Shown here: positions 49,701-62,910 of the stretch, in pieces
How the letters are laid out: each line of letters opens with the position of its first letter
Numbering within the stretch: position 1 is the first letter of the stretch
DNA from: Botryllus schlosseri
Lineage: Eukaryota
Direction: 5' to 3'
Length of the DNA: 64,000 nucleotides
Assembly: GCA_051294905.1 (NCBI GenBank)
Contig: CM119372.1
Coordinates: 31,436,001-31,500,000 of the forward strand
Position numbers and translations under genes: made by a program
The notes under the pieces: model-generated
The model's input: the letters and a program-made list of their open reading frames with translations, nothing else
Databases searched by the model: none
Told to the model about the DNA's origin: nothing

Positions 49701-49915
49701 GTCTTCAGCTCTAACTTCGAAATTCAGCCAAGTCATTCTGCTTAGAGCATCTCAATTTTATGGGATTGTAATGACACCGTGGTGTTCACTCTTGTAAGAT
49801 ATTTTCGTTTCCATATTCCGTCTTCATCTTTTCACTCTGAAAGATGAGTAACTGTGAATGAGAGGAATATATAGTACTTCGTCAGAAATCGCCCACACTA
49901 TGTGTCCATAGGGAC

Positions 49916-50086
49916 CAATGCTCCCTCTAAGCTGCGCGCGTGCGTAGCCGCGCACAGAAAAATCTGTACCGCGCACAAGAACGCCGAAGTGATGACCTTT
50001 TTTTAGTCGGTACGCACTGTTGTCCAGGGGCCACGCAGTGACTTGATGAGTGGACGCAGACTCGTGAAAAATTAGAGAGAGCATTG
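49916..50086. mobile_element. Short hAT MITE
   Basis: TIRs CAATGCTCCCTCTAA / TTAGAGAGAGCATTG, TSD ATAGGGAC/ATAGGGAG. Confidence 0.8.
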
Positions 50087-50444
50087 ATAGGGAGTAAGTA
50101 CAGTTTTATGACAGAACTGGGTTCCAGTCGCTGGTTGCGCTGTATGGCTGACTGCTGAGTATTTCAAATTGACAGTAGATAGTCCAGAAAACAGTAAATA
50201 CATGCTGGCAATACTCTGAAATCTAAAGTTACGACATTAATCAAAGTCGAACAGGAGCAGTGCAACGAACTGCTCACTACACTGACCGTCAATAGAAAAG
50301 ACCGTCACGCACTCCGTCGCCATCCACCATACAACGCCGTAAACGAGCAAACTTTTTCCGAGATTGGAACGTCCCATATGAATGATCGGAGGGGGAGCGA
50401 AAAGATTTGGTTACTAAACAATGCAAATGTATTTGCCTAATGCC

Positions 50445-51025
50445 CAAGGTTGTAATGCTAATGGCTCCAGTTATGACTCGACTCGAGTCCGACTCGCGGA
50501 ATGATTTTTGATGACTCGACTCGACTCTAGTCAGTTTTTCAAATGTGTAATGGGAAATGTAATGTAAAAGTAGGGTTACCATATTTTGAAATCGGGAAAG
50601 GTGGACACTCAAAATTTTTAAACTTAGAAAACTGGAGGGAAAGCTTGAATTTTTCCCACTCCGTGGTCGGTTGACTAAAAAAAAGGTCAACTTTCTCGTT
50701 CGGTGCCCCAAATTACACCATTTTCTTTCACTTTATGAGGTGGCTAAGGACGTCGCTTTCGTTCGAACTACGAATTTCCTATTTATGCCCATACTCACTA
50801 CAATCTGTCCACTATATTAGCTCTAAAACGTCTAAAGGAGAACGAATTGTCAAAAAGTAGGACATTTAGGCGCCCTCGGAGGACATTTTCAAAAACCAGA
50901 AAAAGGACAAATCCTCCTAAAGGAGGACGTATGATAACCCTAACAAATGTACAACGTGCAACGACGTATGGTCATTGGTCACCCTAATAAAAGTGAGATT
51001 GACTTGCGACTTGGTTACAACCCTA
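50445..51025. mobile_element. Degenerate GACTC-family hAT MITE with a nested TAGGGTTACCA (Tip100-like) MITE at ~50571-50986
   Basis: Outer ends CAAGGTTGTAA / TTACAACCCTA, inner ends TAGGGTTACCATA / GGTCACCCTA with AGGAC repeats. Confidence 0.65.
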
Positions 51026-51284
51026 TGCTAATGTCAGTTTCATATCAGTTGAGTCGGACACCAGAAACCGGGTGAACGTCTATATATATCGAAGACAATT
51101 TGCGAAACACGAAAGGCTATAGAAAGTAGGATTTGTTTTTATTTGGCGATGCTGTTCATTTAGCATATTCATGTTCCCATGACTGCATTGGTCATTTTAT
51201 CACAGGACGATATTTTTTAATATGCTTCGGAATCATTGATTCCAGAACTGGCGACTTTTAGTACAATCTATTTTCGTTCTAGGC

Positions 51285-52293
51285 CAGGAGTCGGTAACCT
51301 TTTTTGTCCGAAGAGCCATGTTTGCCCAATCTTTTCAATTTTAACTCTCGGAGAGCAATACATACCAATCAACTGTCACGTCACAATTGAAAATTCATGA
51401 CGCCATGCTAGCACTAATTCGAACTCACTACATGGGATTCGTCGTGTGCGCTACACTTTCTCTGTAAAAACTGATATTTATTGTTCGAAAATAAAGCTTG
51501 AAATGAGAGGCAAGGCACAGACGGGCCAGACTCTTGAGACCTGGTGTAAAAGGCCATAGTCGCCGAACACCATATGTACAATAGTAACAACAACAACAAC
51601 AACAACAACAACGGGCCAAGCATCACCATTGATAACGCAATGTATCGTAAATAGCTCGGAATTTGTAATAACTGGTATTAATCGAATGTAACCGACACAC
51701 TGTTTCCGAAAATCTAAATAGGTGCAGATCGACTTCTCAATTATCAAAGTATATTCGGCGGTAACATAACGTTGCGCTACACGCATACATTTTATCGCTG
51801 GTACTGCCTATTTACTTACCAAACAACATGGATAGCTATGGCGTTGTTTGTAATTCGAACTTGTAATTGTGAATGTCACGTCCACGGCAGTTCATTTCGC
51901 GCTGTAGCTCAAGAAGACAATGAGTATTTCAAAACTGCGTTGTGTTAGGGGAATCGCCATGTCTGCTACGCTCTTTGATTAATCAACGTATTGCACAATC
52001 CAAGATTTCGAGTATAGGGTACATAGATTTCGCGAGAGATATTGGTAACCGACGCGACAGGATAACTTAAATTTGAGGATTTTGAAAAGAGGGGGTCCGA
52101 GCCCCTTAACCTGAAGAAGGCATTGTCTTTACCTCTCAAAGACATGTTTATATTGCCACGAGAATATTTATTCTGGTCGTGATCGCTGCAATATATTGAT
52201 CAATTCAGGACAAAAATAAATGTTTGGCAAAGAGCCATATCTTACACCCAAAAGAGCCATATATGGCTGCGAGCCATAGGTTCCCCACCACTG
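51285..52293. mobile_element. hAT (Buster-type) MITE containing a (CAA)n tract
   Basis: Ends CAGGAGTCGGTAACC / GGTTCCCCACCACTG, perfect TSD TTCTAGGC, GAGCCA subterminal repeats. Confidence 0.85.
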
Positions 52294-52381
52294 TTCTAGG
52301 CTTTTTGTAAGATACGACCTATAATATGATGTATTAATATTAATAAATTTAGGTTGACACTTTCGATTCGAGTAACGTGAC

Positions 52382-52833
52382 TAGGGTTGCATTTAAAACA
52401 ATAATCAATTTAAAACAAACATGTTTAAAACAAGGCCCTAATTTCAAACATGTCTTTTATTGTTTTTTTTTATGTTTTTTTAAAGCCATGACGTCACGAA
52501 TATCTAATTCTGACGTTATAGTGGATTGACATTGACAATATAAATATAGGGTAAAAATAGCTCCTTTCACGAAATGTATGTACTATTGCTGTTAAACCAA
52601 CTATTTTGACGGTTCCAACCATCCCATATTAATATACGTCGACTAAATCGGGTGGTAAAAGTCCGTAGGATCATACAACATGTTTTTTGTAAAGTATTAA
52701 CACAATTATGGCATAATTTTACAACTTAAAAACACACACGATTATTTTTAAAAAGGCCTTTTTTTAAAACACTGTTTAAAACATGTTTTAAACAAAGTGT
52801 TTTAAAACACCATTTGTTTTAAATGCAACCCTA
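52382..52833. mobile_element. hAT MITE with TTTAAAAC repeats
   Basis: TIRs TAGGGTTGCATTTAAAACA / TGTTTTAAATGCAACCCTA, TSD AACGTGAC. Confidence 0.92.
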
Positions 52834-53299
52834 AACGTGACAAATACGCTGCATGCAACTCCACTTAACATTATGCGGGATAAGAATCGGCTGATAAGAA
52901 TCGGCTGTTCCCACTAAGTTTTGTTAGACACCACCTAAATGCTAACCCATTGTTAGCAAAGCTCGGTCATCAGTTTAGATTCTTGAAGCGTGATAAATTA
53001 TATACATATTCAATGATCATAAACTGGTATCAAATCGTGACTAAAATTATACGTACATAACTACACAAGCGAGTAAAATGGATCGGGATGGCATTTTCCT
53101 TATAAGGGATTGCACATGCGGAAAATTAAGACGGGGATATAAGAATCATTGAGTAGGGTATATAGTTGAAAATTCCCGAGTATCAATTAAAAGTGTAATC
53201 CCTATATAGAATTATTGCTAGCATGGAATGCAGGAATAAAGGTCTAGTTATAATATCAGCATCTAAGTAAAATATCAAATTACAATTATTGATACTGGT

Positions 53300-54680
53300 A
53301 AGTTAACGTATCAGCGATAACCAATGGGTCTCTTAATATCCCGGTCCATGTCATAGACAGCGTATATAATTTCTTTCGACAATTGGTGCATTTTATGCAA
53401 TGAAATGGTGACATTAGATATGTGATGGATGTAGAACATGATCACACAAGCATTAATAAGATCAATAAAACTATTCAAAAACGGGATTTCTTAAATTTAC
53501 GTTTCTCGCTAATTATTGAATTTATACACATATTTGCTATGGTATGAAAGGCTTAGTATTAATTCTGGTTTTATGGCGTTGGTGACATGGACCCACCCAT
53601 AATAAAATTCTTCGTCGAGTCTCTCCCAGGCATCTTTAACTCGTCGAAATCCTGAATAAAAGGAAACATATTCAGTTTTGTATTTATTACTGGCGGTATT
53701 GACCCTCAATTTTTTAAGAATTTTTTGGTGGGATTCAACATTCAAATATGCCGCTGCGTAACAGTCTTGGCTCTATTTTATTTACATGTATTATGGGGTG
53801 CTAAGTTTGAAAAACTGAATATTATATTCTGCATCATCGATACTTTTCATATATTTTCTTGAAATGCCTAGTTCCAAAGGCGTTTCTGTAAAGAAATTTG
53901 GACCAACTACGGACGAAATAAAAATAACTAAGATATGTCAAGTGGTCTGCCTTGAAGTAAGATTTCGCATGGTACGTTACTTTACAATTCTCATATTGAC
54001 AAAACTGCGCTAGACTTATTTGAAATTAGTGTCATGCATGGCTAATTTTGAACAGTATTGGGTGTTAAATCCGGGATACATAAAATTGGGGAAAGGATTT
54101 TCAATCCAGTATCAAGTGCTTCTATTTACATTCATCATCAAGTTCCAACTACAAGGGTAGGGAAACTGAAAAGGTAGAAATGGGAACAAAATGCTACAGC
54201 AATATAAGCTACCGCCAATATAACCCTTCAATTTTGTAGTGGGTTCGCACTGACAAGCTTCACAGTTACGAATAAAGGCAGTGGATGATGGTGACTTGGA
54301 TAAGTCGTTTCTTTACCTCCCTTTACCTGTAATACTTGTCTACGTTTATCATACAGAAGTGATAACACTCGTCATAATGTTGTCAGTCTATCTCCGAACT
54401 ATTGCAATTGCACATTACATACCCACAGTCACCCACCTACCGGAGCCTCTCAACCAAACTATATTATTACATCGACATCTGCCACATGTCACGTTTGGCA
54501 ACCAGCCCGTTTTTCATTGTCTGAAGGCATCCCACTATGCAGTCTAAAACCTATCCGCTACTTGGCTTCTTCCGCTTTATTAATTGCAATCTGTTTACTA
54601 CCAGCGTAATACCCACAAACATAGCAAAATAAATCTGCTGAATTTTGTATTGTATACCATCAAGTGCGACTTCTGTATCG
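53300..54680 (-). pseudogene. Chapaev3-like (CMC superfamily) transposase pseudogene
   Basis: Colinear frameshifted remnants ADLFCYVCG, WLPNVTCGRC...WLRG, HYDECYHFCMINV, PLELGISRKYMKSID and GIF match recalled Chapaev3 motifs FCYxCG, WAPHxxCxxC, HxDCYFC, PPLHIKLGLMKxFVKA and GIF. Confidence 0.7.
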
Positions 54681-56228
54681 AAAAACGGCATTAATTAAAT
54701 TTTGCATTGGCAAGTGATCACAGTAAAAGAGTAGTAACTCTATTATAATAACATCTCTAGTGTTCTGAATCCTTGAATGGAGCAAAAAATAGCGTGCTAG
54801 TTGATTTCTGCGATACTACCAAAAACCACCCGCTGTTCTGGTGCGGATTATAAAAACATTACAGCATAAATGAGTTAACAGAGCTTTCAATTAAGTCCAA
54901 ATACGGAGGTATTTTGCAAATTTTATCTTCGACATCAACGGTAAATCCGGATGCAATTTCATCAATGATAGTACTAAATTACGATGAACAAAACGATTTC
55001 GGTATCGATAAAAGGTGACTGGCTATAATGTCGATGCACTCAAATATTGTACATGTACAATATACACCATTCATTTATAAATAGACTTGTCGATATAACG
55101 AGTGGAATGTTGCATGACGTAAAATATTACGTATTCATGACCTCTTCTTAGCAATAGAACTCCCAGCATATGCAACCTAGATCAGTAAAGCGACTAGTCA
55201 CGCAAAGGAGCTATACGTAGAGGTCATTGACGTGCGGTCACTGGAGGCAAGTGATGCAGTGCCTCATCTGTCGTCAAGTAAAAGGAAATTGTGAAACCTT
55301 AAATGATTATATAACACCAATATTTATGGATATTTTTCATCGATGTTCAATGTTCATGAACCTTGTAATAACTTGAATATACAAAATCACGTAATTTGCA
55401 TATTTATTGCTAAAAATAGAGCTCGAAATGAGAGGCGAGGCACCGGTGAGGCACAGTTGGGCCAAGCCTCACCTGCTATAGCGCAATTCATCATAAACAG
55501 CTTGGAATTTATAATCAACTGATATTGATCGAATGCTATTCAGAAAATCTAAAAATTAATAGCGTCAGGGCACCGAAACCACCTCAAGAAATGTGAAATA
55601 TTACCTGTTACATACAATGACAGCGCATTGACCGAAAAAATGAACAGGCGAGGCACATATAGATTTTCCTCACACACTCTTCCCTAACAATCGCACAATC
55701 GCAGCGCAGTGATACAATACGCTATCGACTCCACAAACCGATGGCCTAGTATGGTGTAACTGCGTGTAGCTCCGTGTAGCTGCGACGGCCAATATGTAGT
55801 GCAGAGGAAATACTTCCTCTCACCGATGGAGCTGTTTTAAATTTTCCATCCATACCTATGCCTTCGATTGCAAATATGATGTATAGTAGCTTCTTATGTG
55901 GCTTGTGTGTGAAGAGTGCTGATGTGATTTGAAACAATAGTCACTAACTGAATCCCCTACCATTTTCAGTCCACATATTTGGAAATCCGACGTCACTGGG
56001 TGAGGTATACGATTTTTGTGCACAATTGTGTATGATATAATTGTGTATTATTGTGTATATATAATTGTGTATAAGGGATTGCAAAACACGGAAATTATGG
56101 GCAGGTATGGAGCACGATTGCTCGCAATTTAGGATCAAGCTAAATTCCTATCGCGAAATCCAAGTACTCACTCTGCAATTTATAAACATCATTCCTGAAT
56201 TTCATACACTAATCACTACACACTACAG

Positions 56229-57108
56229 CAGGGGCGGGCAACTTCTCCAGTCGGCGGGCCGGATATAGGAAAATTAAGTTCTTGGCGGGCCGGATTGCGG
56301 AATCGATACATTATTCGCCCATTTATCCACGTATACAAGGAATAAATCGTATTTATTGAATGCATTTTAACGACAGCAATGTCACTTCAAAACCATTTCT
56401 CGCCTATAAAGACGAAGACAATGTGGATTTGAGAATAGCATTGTCATACAGGCGTCGTCATGTCTGCTTCCAGCTGATCAATGAACACACGGTGCAATTC
56501 CTAATTAAGATTTCAACGCGTTCGATAAGCCCGGTACCCCAAATTTACCAAGATATCAATTTATTAGGGTTGAGTAGGTGACCAGATAGCGTCGCTGCTC
56601 AACTGTGTGGCTTAATTAATCTCGATATTGAATTCATGCGGTCCCCGTCCTCCACGAAATTTGTAAAGTGGCCCGCGACCCGTTTTGAGTTGGCGACCCC
56701 TGACATAAGCGGTGTCTTACGAAAGCCTAGAAGTGTGCCGTGGTACAAGTCGGCGGTTACGGATTCGAAAATATGATATATCAGCCCGGTGTAAATGATC
56801 AGTTTAATCGACAATCACCATGATTACCACAAACAACATTAGCGTTGAGTACATCGTAAATGCCGATAATGCAAGTCTTCTCGCTTCGACGAACTTATAT
56901 GCGTAAGCTCCACTCTCGCACGCTGCGGATTCACGTATATAATAACATACAGTCACTAAAATCTGCCATAGTAAGCAAGTAGTGGGGAATCTCGGCAGAC
57001 AGGGGCTGCGGGTCACATTATCATGTAAGACGGAAAACTGTCCGCGGGCCGGACAAAACCCCTTCGCGGGCCGGATCCGGCCCGCGGGCCGTATGTTGCC
57101 CGCCCCTG
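56229..57108. mobile_element. hAT (Buster-type) MITE carrying a 261-bp internal insertion
   Basis: Perfect TIRs CAGGGGCGGGCAAC, TSD CACTACAG, paralog of 21309. Confidence 0.93.
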
Positions 57109-57459
57109 CACTACAGTAAAATCAACGAATGTCGTGGATTATAGTAGTTAAGCCTGTCTTGTATGTAATTGTATCAGCATGATTTCTAGTTTCGTTAGTA
57201 ACGTTGGAAGTGCAAGTAGTTTGACGACTGACAGACGAACCACGCCTGTTGCGTGAATTGAGCATTTCATAGAAAATGCCGACACCTTATAATAAATTCA
57301 TCGATATGACATTGGATGCGTAGCATGATAGCCGCGACGAAACCGTGGTGTTTCTGCAGTTCTATGTAAGTTCAAAATTCACCTCTCCGTGTGGGCGGTG
57401 TCATACAAAGGCCCACGAATGGCCTGATTTCATATGACCAATGAAGTCATGACCATGAA

Positions 57460-58340
57460 TGCTAGTCATTGATACAGATAATATTACATACGCTGCAACC
57501 AAACAATGACTCACTGTATAACACTTCCAACTCGGTATCTAGATCGGTTGAAATCTTCCGGACTTTCGTCAACTCGTCCCCACCCAGCATATCACATATA
57601 CTGCAGTTTATCAATGTCACTTTTCTTGAATTAGGGTTGTTGACGAGAGACGAAATCTCATCGAGTGAAGCGCGACATCCCCAGTACAATATGCATCTGA
57701 TATATTCGATCTGTTGTGGAAGATTAATTCTTTTTTAATATTGTGAGATATAGTGATGCTTACCGCCATTGATGGCCTTTGCACCACGGACCATGATAAG
57801 GTACTTTTGATGCAATTATAATTAGAAATCACGAATTCCGCAACTGCAGTCGATAGCTCGGGTAGCAGAAATAAACGAAATAACAGATGGAAACTCATAA
57901 CTTACGGCAAATTCTACGCGAAAGGTGCGATAGATCAGTGAGAGATCAAATTACAAAATATGCAAACAATGGTAGGTAATGAATACTACCTTGTTTTGTT
58001 GACAAGCTTCGACTATTTTTTTGAAGTCTTCCTCTCTCTCAACAAAGAACATCGCATGAATATTGACTTGAAAACCAAAAAAGCAGGCTTTCGTGTCTCG
58101 TTCCAAATTTCGAAGGTAAATATCGTTTGATGCCTGAAAATCGACTGCAATATCCAGGAGATCCAGCTAAAAGGAGAAAGATGTATTGTATCGATTTCGA
58201 CATAGGGTACGATAATTTCACCGAATCAATTGCTCATAGACATGAATATAGCCGTCAACACGATGATTAGGTTCGATGCCCAATGAAAATGAATTTAAAA
58301 TATTAACGCATTATCGAAACGATTTCGAAAACAGATCTCA
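57460..58340 (-). pseudogene. Possible decayed NLR-like coding remnant (region after the NACHT domain)
   Basis: Three adjacent minus-strand open segments with protein-like composition (…PELSTAVAEFV…ELIFHNRSNISDAY…) and a donor-like AAG|GTAGTA near 57990. Motif match is weak. Confidence 0.3.
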
Positions 58341-59674
58341 CCTGATACTTTTTCATAAAAGTTTCCAAAAACGACCAATCAATATTTTTTCCGTCCGCGC
58401 AATAGAGCAATATCTTGCTTATCTGAAGGTAATACTAGTTTCATGAGGCAACGTAAGATTCTAATTGTTATATTAGTAATTATTTTTAAAAACAAGTTGA
58501 GTGAAGCATATAACAAAATGATTTTTGCATCAGCATTATATAAGAGCTGTGCGACCAGAAGCGCGGATAAATATAATCAAATCAACCAAACTAGCGGTCT
58601 GCCCTGGCAGTTAGAAGCCGTCAGTGCTTTGACCTACTTTTTGTTAAGCCAAAAGTAGTTTGTGATGTTGTTACGAAGTTTGGAGAATTCATGATGAGTT
58701 TACTTTGTGCAATGTCCAGCAACTTTCCCCGATTCCATCACACAATTTATGATATGATATGACTGGTCTTATCACTCATCATCACTATACCAATGGAGTG
58801 ACGCAGTGTAATCAAAGTGTATGGTCTGCTAAATATAAGAAATGAAAGGGAAAAAGAAATAACATATAAAGAACTTAAAAGTAGATGTAACAATGTATTA
58901 CCAATAGAAATATGAAGCATTAACAAGAGAGGTAAGTATAATAAATGGAACATCACGCACCAAATCAATCAGTACTGACTACTACAGCCTATTACACATA
59001 AAAAGGGAACTTAATAAGGTACTATTCACCGTGGGCGCAGTTGCTTAAGATGAACCGACAAACTGCATCACATTTTCGGTCCCTTTTTCAATAGATTGTT
59101 GTGTTAATATAGAGGTCATGCGGTGCACAAATAGATCGCCTTATCGCCTTTCGCCTTCTGGAATGAGTCTCGCACAGAGCCGCGTTTCTACCATCATTCT
59201 TCGATTATAAATTCAACTGAGCATGGAACCAAAACGTAAATTCAGTAAAATCTTCGCTCACATAACGCCTCATTCGTACGTCCTCTGTCTATGTCCCTCA
59301 AGTCTTTCCCAGGGGCATTATCGCCCACTTTGAGTGCCACTGAATTAGAACCCTTTGATGCTTTGGTTTTGACCTCTTTACAGATTACCAAGGCAGAGAT
59401 CATATGTAAACGTTAGATAATATAATCTGCAAACTACATGGTAAAGGATGGTCTGAATATGAGAACGGCAATCACCAAACGCGACCCCTTAGTAGCGCAC
59501 ATCGCACACTCGGTGAGTACATGCTCCGCTGTTTCTTCAACGTTACATCAGACGCAGCAAGAGGTATCGGAGCACTCTGTTGCGGGGGGAATTCGGCTAC
59601 AGTGTCCTGCTATTCGAAATTAGTGGTTTCCACAATATGGTTTCCATAATACGCGGTTTAGTTATACTTAGCAG

Positions 59675-61733
59675 CAGTGTTGGGATGACTCGAGTCAGAC
59701 TCGAGTCAACTTTTTCGTATGACTTGACTTGACTCGAGTCACTTTGCAAAAATGACTTGACTTGACTTGACTCGGTGCTTCAAAAATGCGAATTGACTCG
59801 TGACTCGGAGCAAAATTTACGAGTCAATTTCGAGTCATCAAGTAAACGGTATCGATTGAATCACAGAATTTTGAGTATTGTGCGCGATACGCCTGCTGTG
59901 TCACTTGCGAGAGTAACGAGTCATTCACTGATTGTACGTTTCACTGATCCTCTGTTGTTACACCACAAATAAATTGACCACAAACGTAATGATCACAGCT
60001 TACGTTGTTAGTAGGAGTAGCAATAGATTAACCTCATAACAACGTATCTCTATTTCTTAGATGGCCCAGTGATCCCCTTTACCAACCCTCTAGTATGATT
60101 TAAATCGAGCGAATACAGTTCGTGCGTTTGTTTCCTCACGGATGGGTAGTGTATTGTACCATATCAATTTGGTAAACTTCTCGAGGCTTCGAGCCTATTG
60201 GCTGCTAATAACAGACTGTTGCATGTTGCTATACAGTAACTCATGTATTTTATTTGCAGTTCTACGTGTCCGTGAGCGATACAACGCCTTCTTGCAGGCA
60301 TATTTAAGTTTATATTAGTTTAGGGTTGCCATACGTCCGGAATTTTCCGGACATGTCCGGAATTTCACTGTTCAAACTAGCGTCCGGGAGGAATTTCTAA
60401 AATATGCCAAATGTCCGGAATTTTGAAGATTTGACGTGGGCTCATAATTTTTTCGTAAATTAACATGAAAACTTTACTTTTGGGAATATTTATGCTGATG
60501 CATGATATTTTTCTTCGCGCTGCGCGCGATTTACTGTCACACCTATTGATTTTAATATGGGGACTACCACCCTCACAAAAAAGTGCAATAAAATATAAAT
60601 AGAAACAACCTTCATTTATTGGAATAAGCCTAATTGTAATCGCAATTTTGGGAGAACGGTATATTCCTAGAGATCGTTAAGGCCGTTTAAATGTTTTAAT
60701 CAATGATATATAGTGGTTCCAAACTTGGCGGTCGTTTGCCTTCATTATGGGGTTCGCGAATATGTTGACCGTAATCAGCTTCCAAAATAGCCCGTGAGTA
60801 AGCCTGGGCAAAAGGTGCTGACTTCTTTTAGTAATCAGCTCGTCAAATTTTGATCCAGGCCACGGAACATTTTCAAATTGGAGATACAGTCGCTACCATG
60901 AAAGGTTGGAAACCACTGGATGTGGGGTGTTTATAACACTCCGTGGTGCGCACCAGCATAAGGCTGATAAACAATCTTATCGGTGGGACGTGAACATGAC
61001 GTAATGATGTACGATTACGCTCCCTGTATTATCGAACTCATCATCCTCCGCCAGCTCTACCGCTAACTCTGATCATGTGGGCGGAGAGTAGTAACTATAT
61101 AGTAATATATGGAACAACCAATATTATTGACCGAATTCATTCAAAAAATTTAACCACCAGATGCATATAGAAACCAGATTCATATAGCAAGCCCCCCTCC
61201 CCCCGAAGTTGCATCGAATACCCTATGCTGGGCTCAAAATCATTGTTCATTTGGGTGGGAAGGGACTGAAAATGTGGTTTCGGTCCCGGTTACACAGCCA
61301 CATACTCCTGAACCGGATCGTGACCACATCTGGTCTATGAGCGAAGCTTTGCTAGTGTGACGTCATAACTCATTTCGAAATCCTCTAGTGGGCGCTAAAG
61401 AGTGTCCGGAATTTGTGTCACAGAAATATGGTAACCCTATATTAGTTATTTGATTCAAAATAAATGGCCAATTATTCTGTCTTTCACACAGCTAGCAAAA
61501 TGTAATGACTTTGAATCGTCACTGATACTTCGAAAATTCAATTTGACTTGAATTATGACTTGACTCGTGACTCGACTTGACTTGACTTGACTCGAGTCAC
61601 CTCCAAAAAACGAGTGACTTGACTTGACTCGAGTCACCTTCGAAAATCGATTGACTTGACTTGACTCGAGTCAAAATGTGCAATGACTCGAGATGACTCG
61701 TGACTCGAAGGTAGTGACTTGATCCCAGGACTG
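59675..61733. mobile_element. hAT MITE with GACTT/GACTCGAGTC repeats
   Basis: Ends CAGTGTTGGGAT / ATCCCAGGACTG, perfect TSD CTTAGCAG. Confidence 0.9.
60321..61439. mobile_element. Nested hAT (Tip100-like) MITE with TCCGGA repeats, itself containing a probable small MITE at ~60711-60918
   Basis: TIRs TAGGGTTGCCATA / TATGGTAACCCTA, perfect TSD TATTAGTT. Confidence 0.9.
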
Positions 61734-61919
61734 CTTAGCAGATGTGTATATATTCTGGTAGTACTGCTTGAAATCAGCTCCGGCAATAGTTTCTTGGTGT
61801 AGGCCTCTACCTAATTCCAGTTTTCAAAAAATATATTTGTGGAATCCGTGAACCATGATTCAATGTTTAAGATGAAAACAAACCTGAAATTACAAATGTT
61901 GGAAACAAAATATGGGTAA

Positions 61920-62910
61920 CTGACTTTTTCCAATTTCCGCTTCGATATCTCCCACATATCATTCTGCTTCGCATATAAATGTTGTTGTTCATTCAATTTG
62001 ATAAGCTTTGCATTGAAAAGTCCACCATAAAATATCACTACTGCGAGGTAAGGAACGGTTTCAAATGCCAGAGTGGATTCCTGTGAAAAGCAAATGTCTT
62101 TGGATGCGTCACAATCTCCCGACAACAAACACATCATCGCGGCATAATCACTATATTCGCTACTCAGCGAATACATGAATAGAGGAACTAGAAATGCACA
62201 GCTGTTATTAGTTTCGATTACAAATTAGCGATGAGGTTCAATTCACAATGCCCTAAAATATTTTACTGGGACGCGAGTATAAGTCATTCCAATGTGACAG
62301 ATCAGGAATTTCCATTTCATTATCAATCCTTAAAGTTCTGATTTTGCTAGTTCCACAATGCGCTCGTCCAGAAAGCGGTTCTGGGTTATTGTGATATTTG
62401 CTGCTAGTAATGGTTTCAAATTTCGGCGTAGCAAACCATTTGCATCACTACAGGGGTGGTCAACCTGTTTGCTGTTCACGGCCGCACTTCGAATACTTAT
62501 GTAGCCTAAGGCTTCCTTCCAGTGCATAGTAGTATTGAACTAATTGAACGCCAAAGACCCATGTTAAACTGTCCAGTGTCCATGTCGATTTCCGATGAAC
62601 TCCGGACTAATCTATTTATTCATATCTGCTTACTGTGGCATACACACCGAAATCTCGAGTAGTCAAGTTACTGGGATCCGCTTTCTAGCCTTTCTTCGAA
62701 CATTTAGGGCAAGTTAAAAATGATTATGCATTTTCGGGTGGGTCGATTGTTATCAATCGTTACGTTGCATGCTGTTATTTCATGACCTCCCATCAGGATT
62801 GTCTGTATAATGGAAATTTTTTGGAATAGCCCAATCGTACCAGAAACAAATTTCTTTCGTGGGGAGCTCACGATTTCAAGTAGGCATTTCTTTATGGGGC
62901 GCATCATTTC
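61920..62910 (-). pseudogene. Possible decayed NACHT/NLR coding remnant, interrupted by a MITE fragment at ~62451
   Basis: Colinear fragments IQTILMGG...NVTIDNNRP (sensor-1-like), IVELAK (winged-helix-like) and SEYSDYAAM...FETV...FYGGLFN (QEF.AA / FLxGL-like). No clear Walker A. Confidence 0.35.

Noticed and set aside
51414..51786. Poly-Leu, poly-Cys and poly-Val ORFs
   Set aside because: Three frames of a (CAA)n tract inside a MITE.
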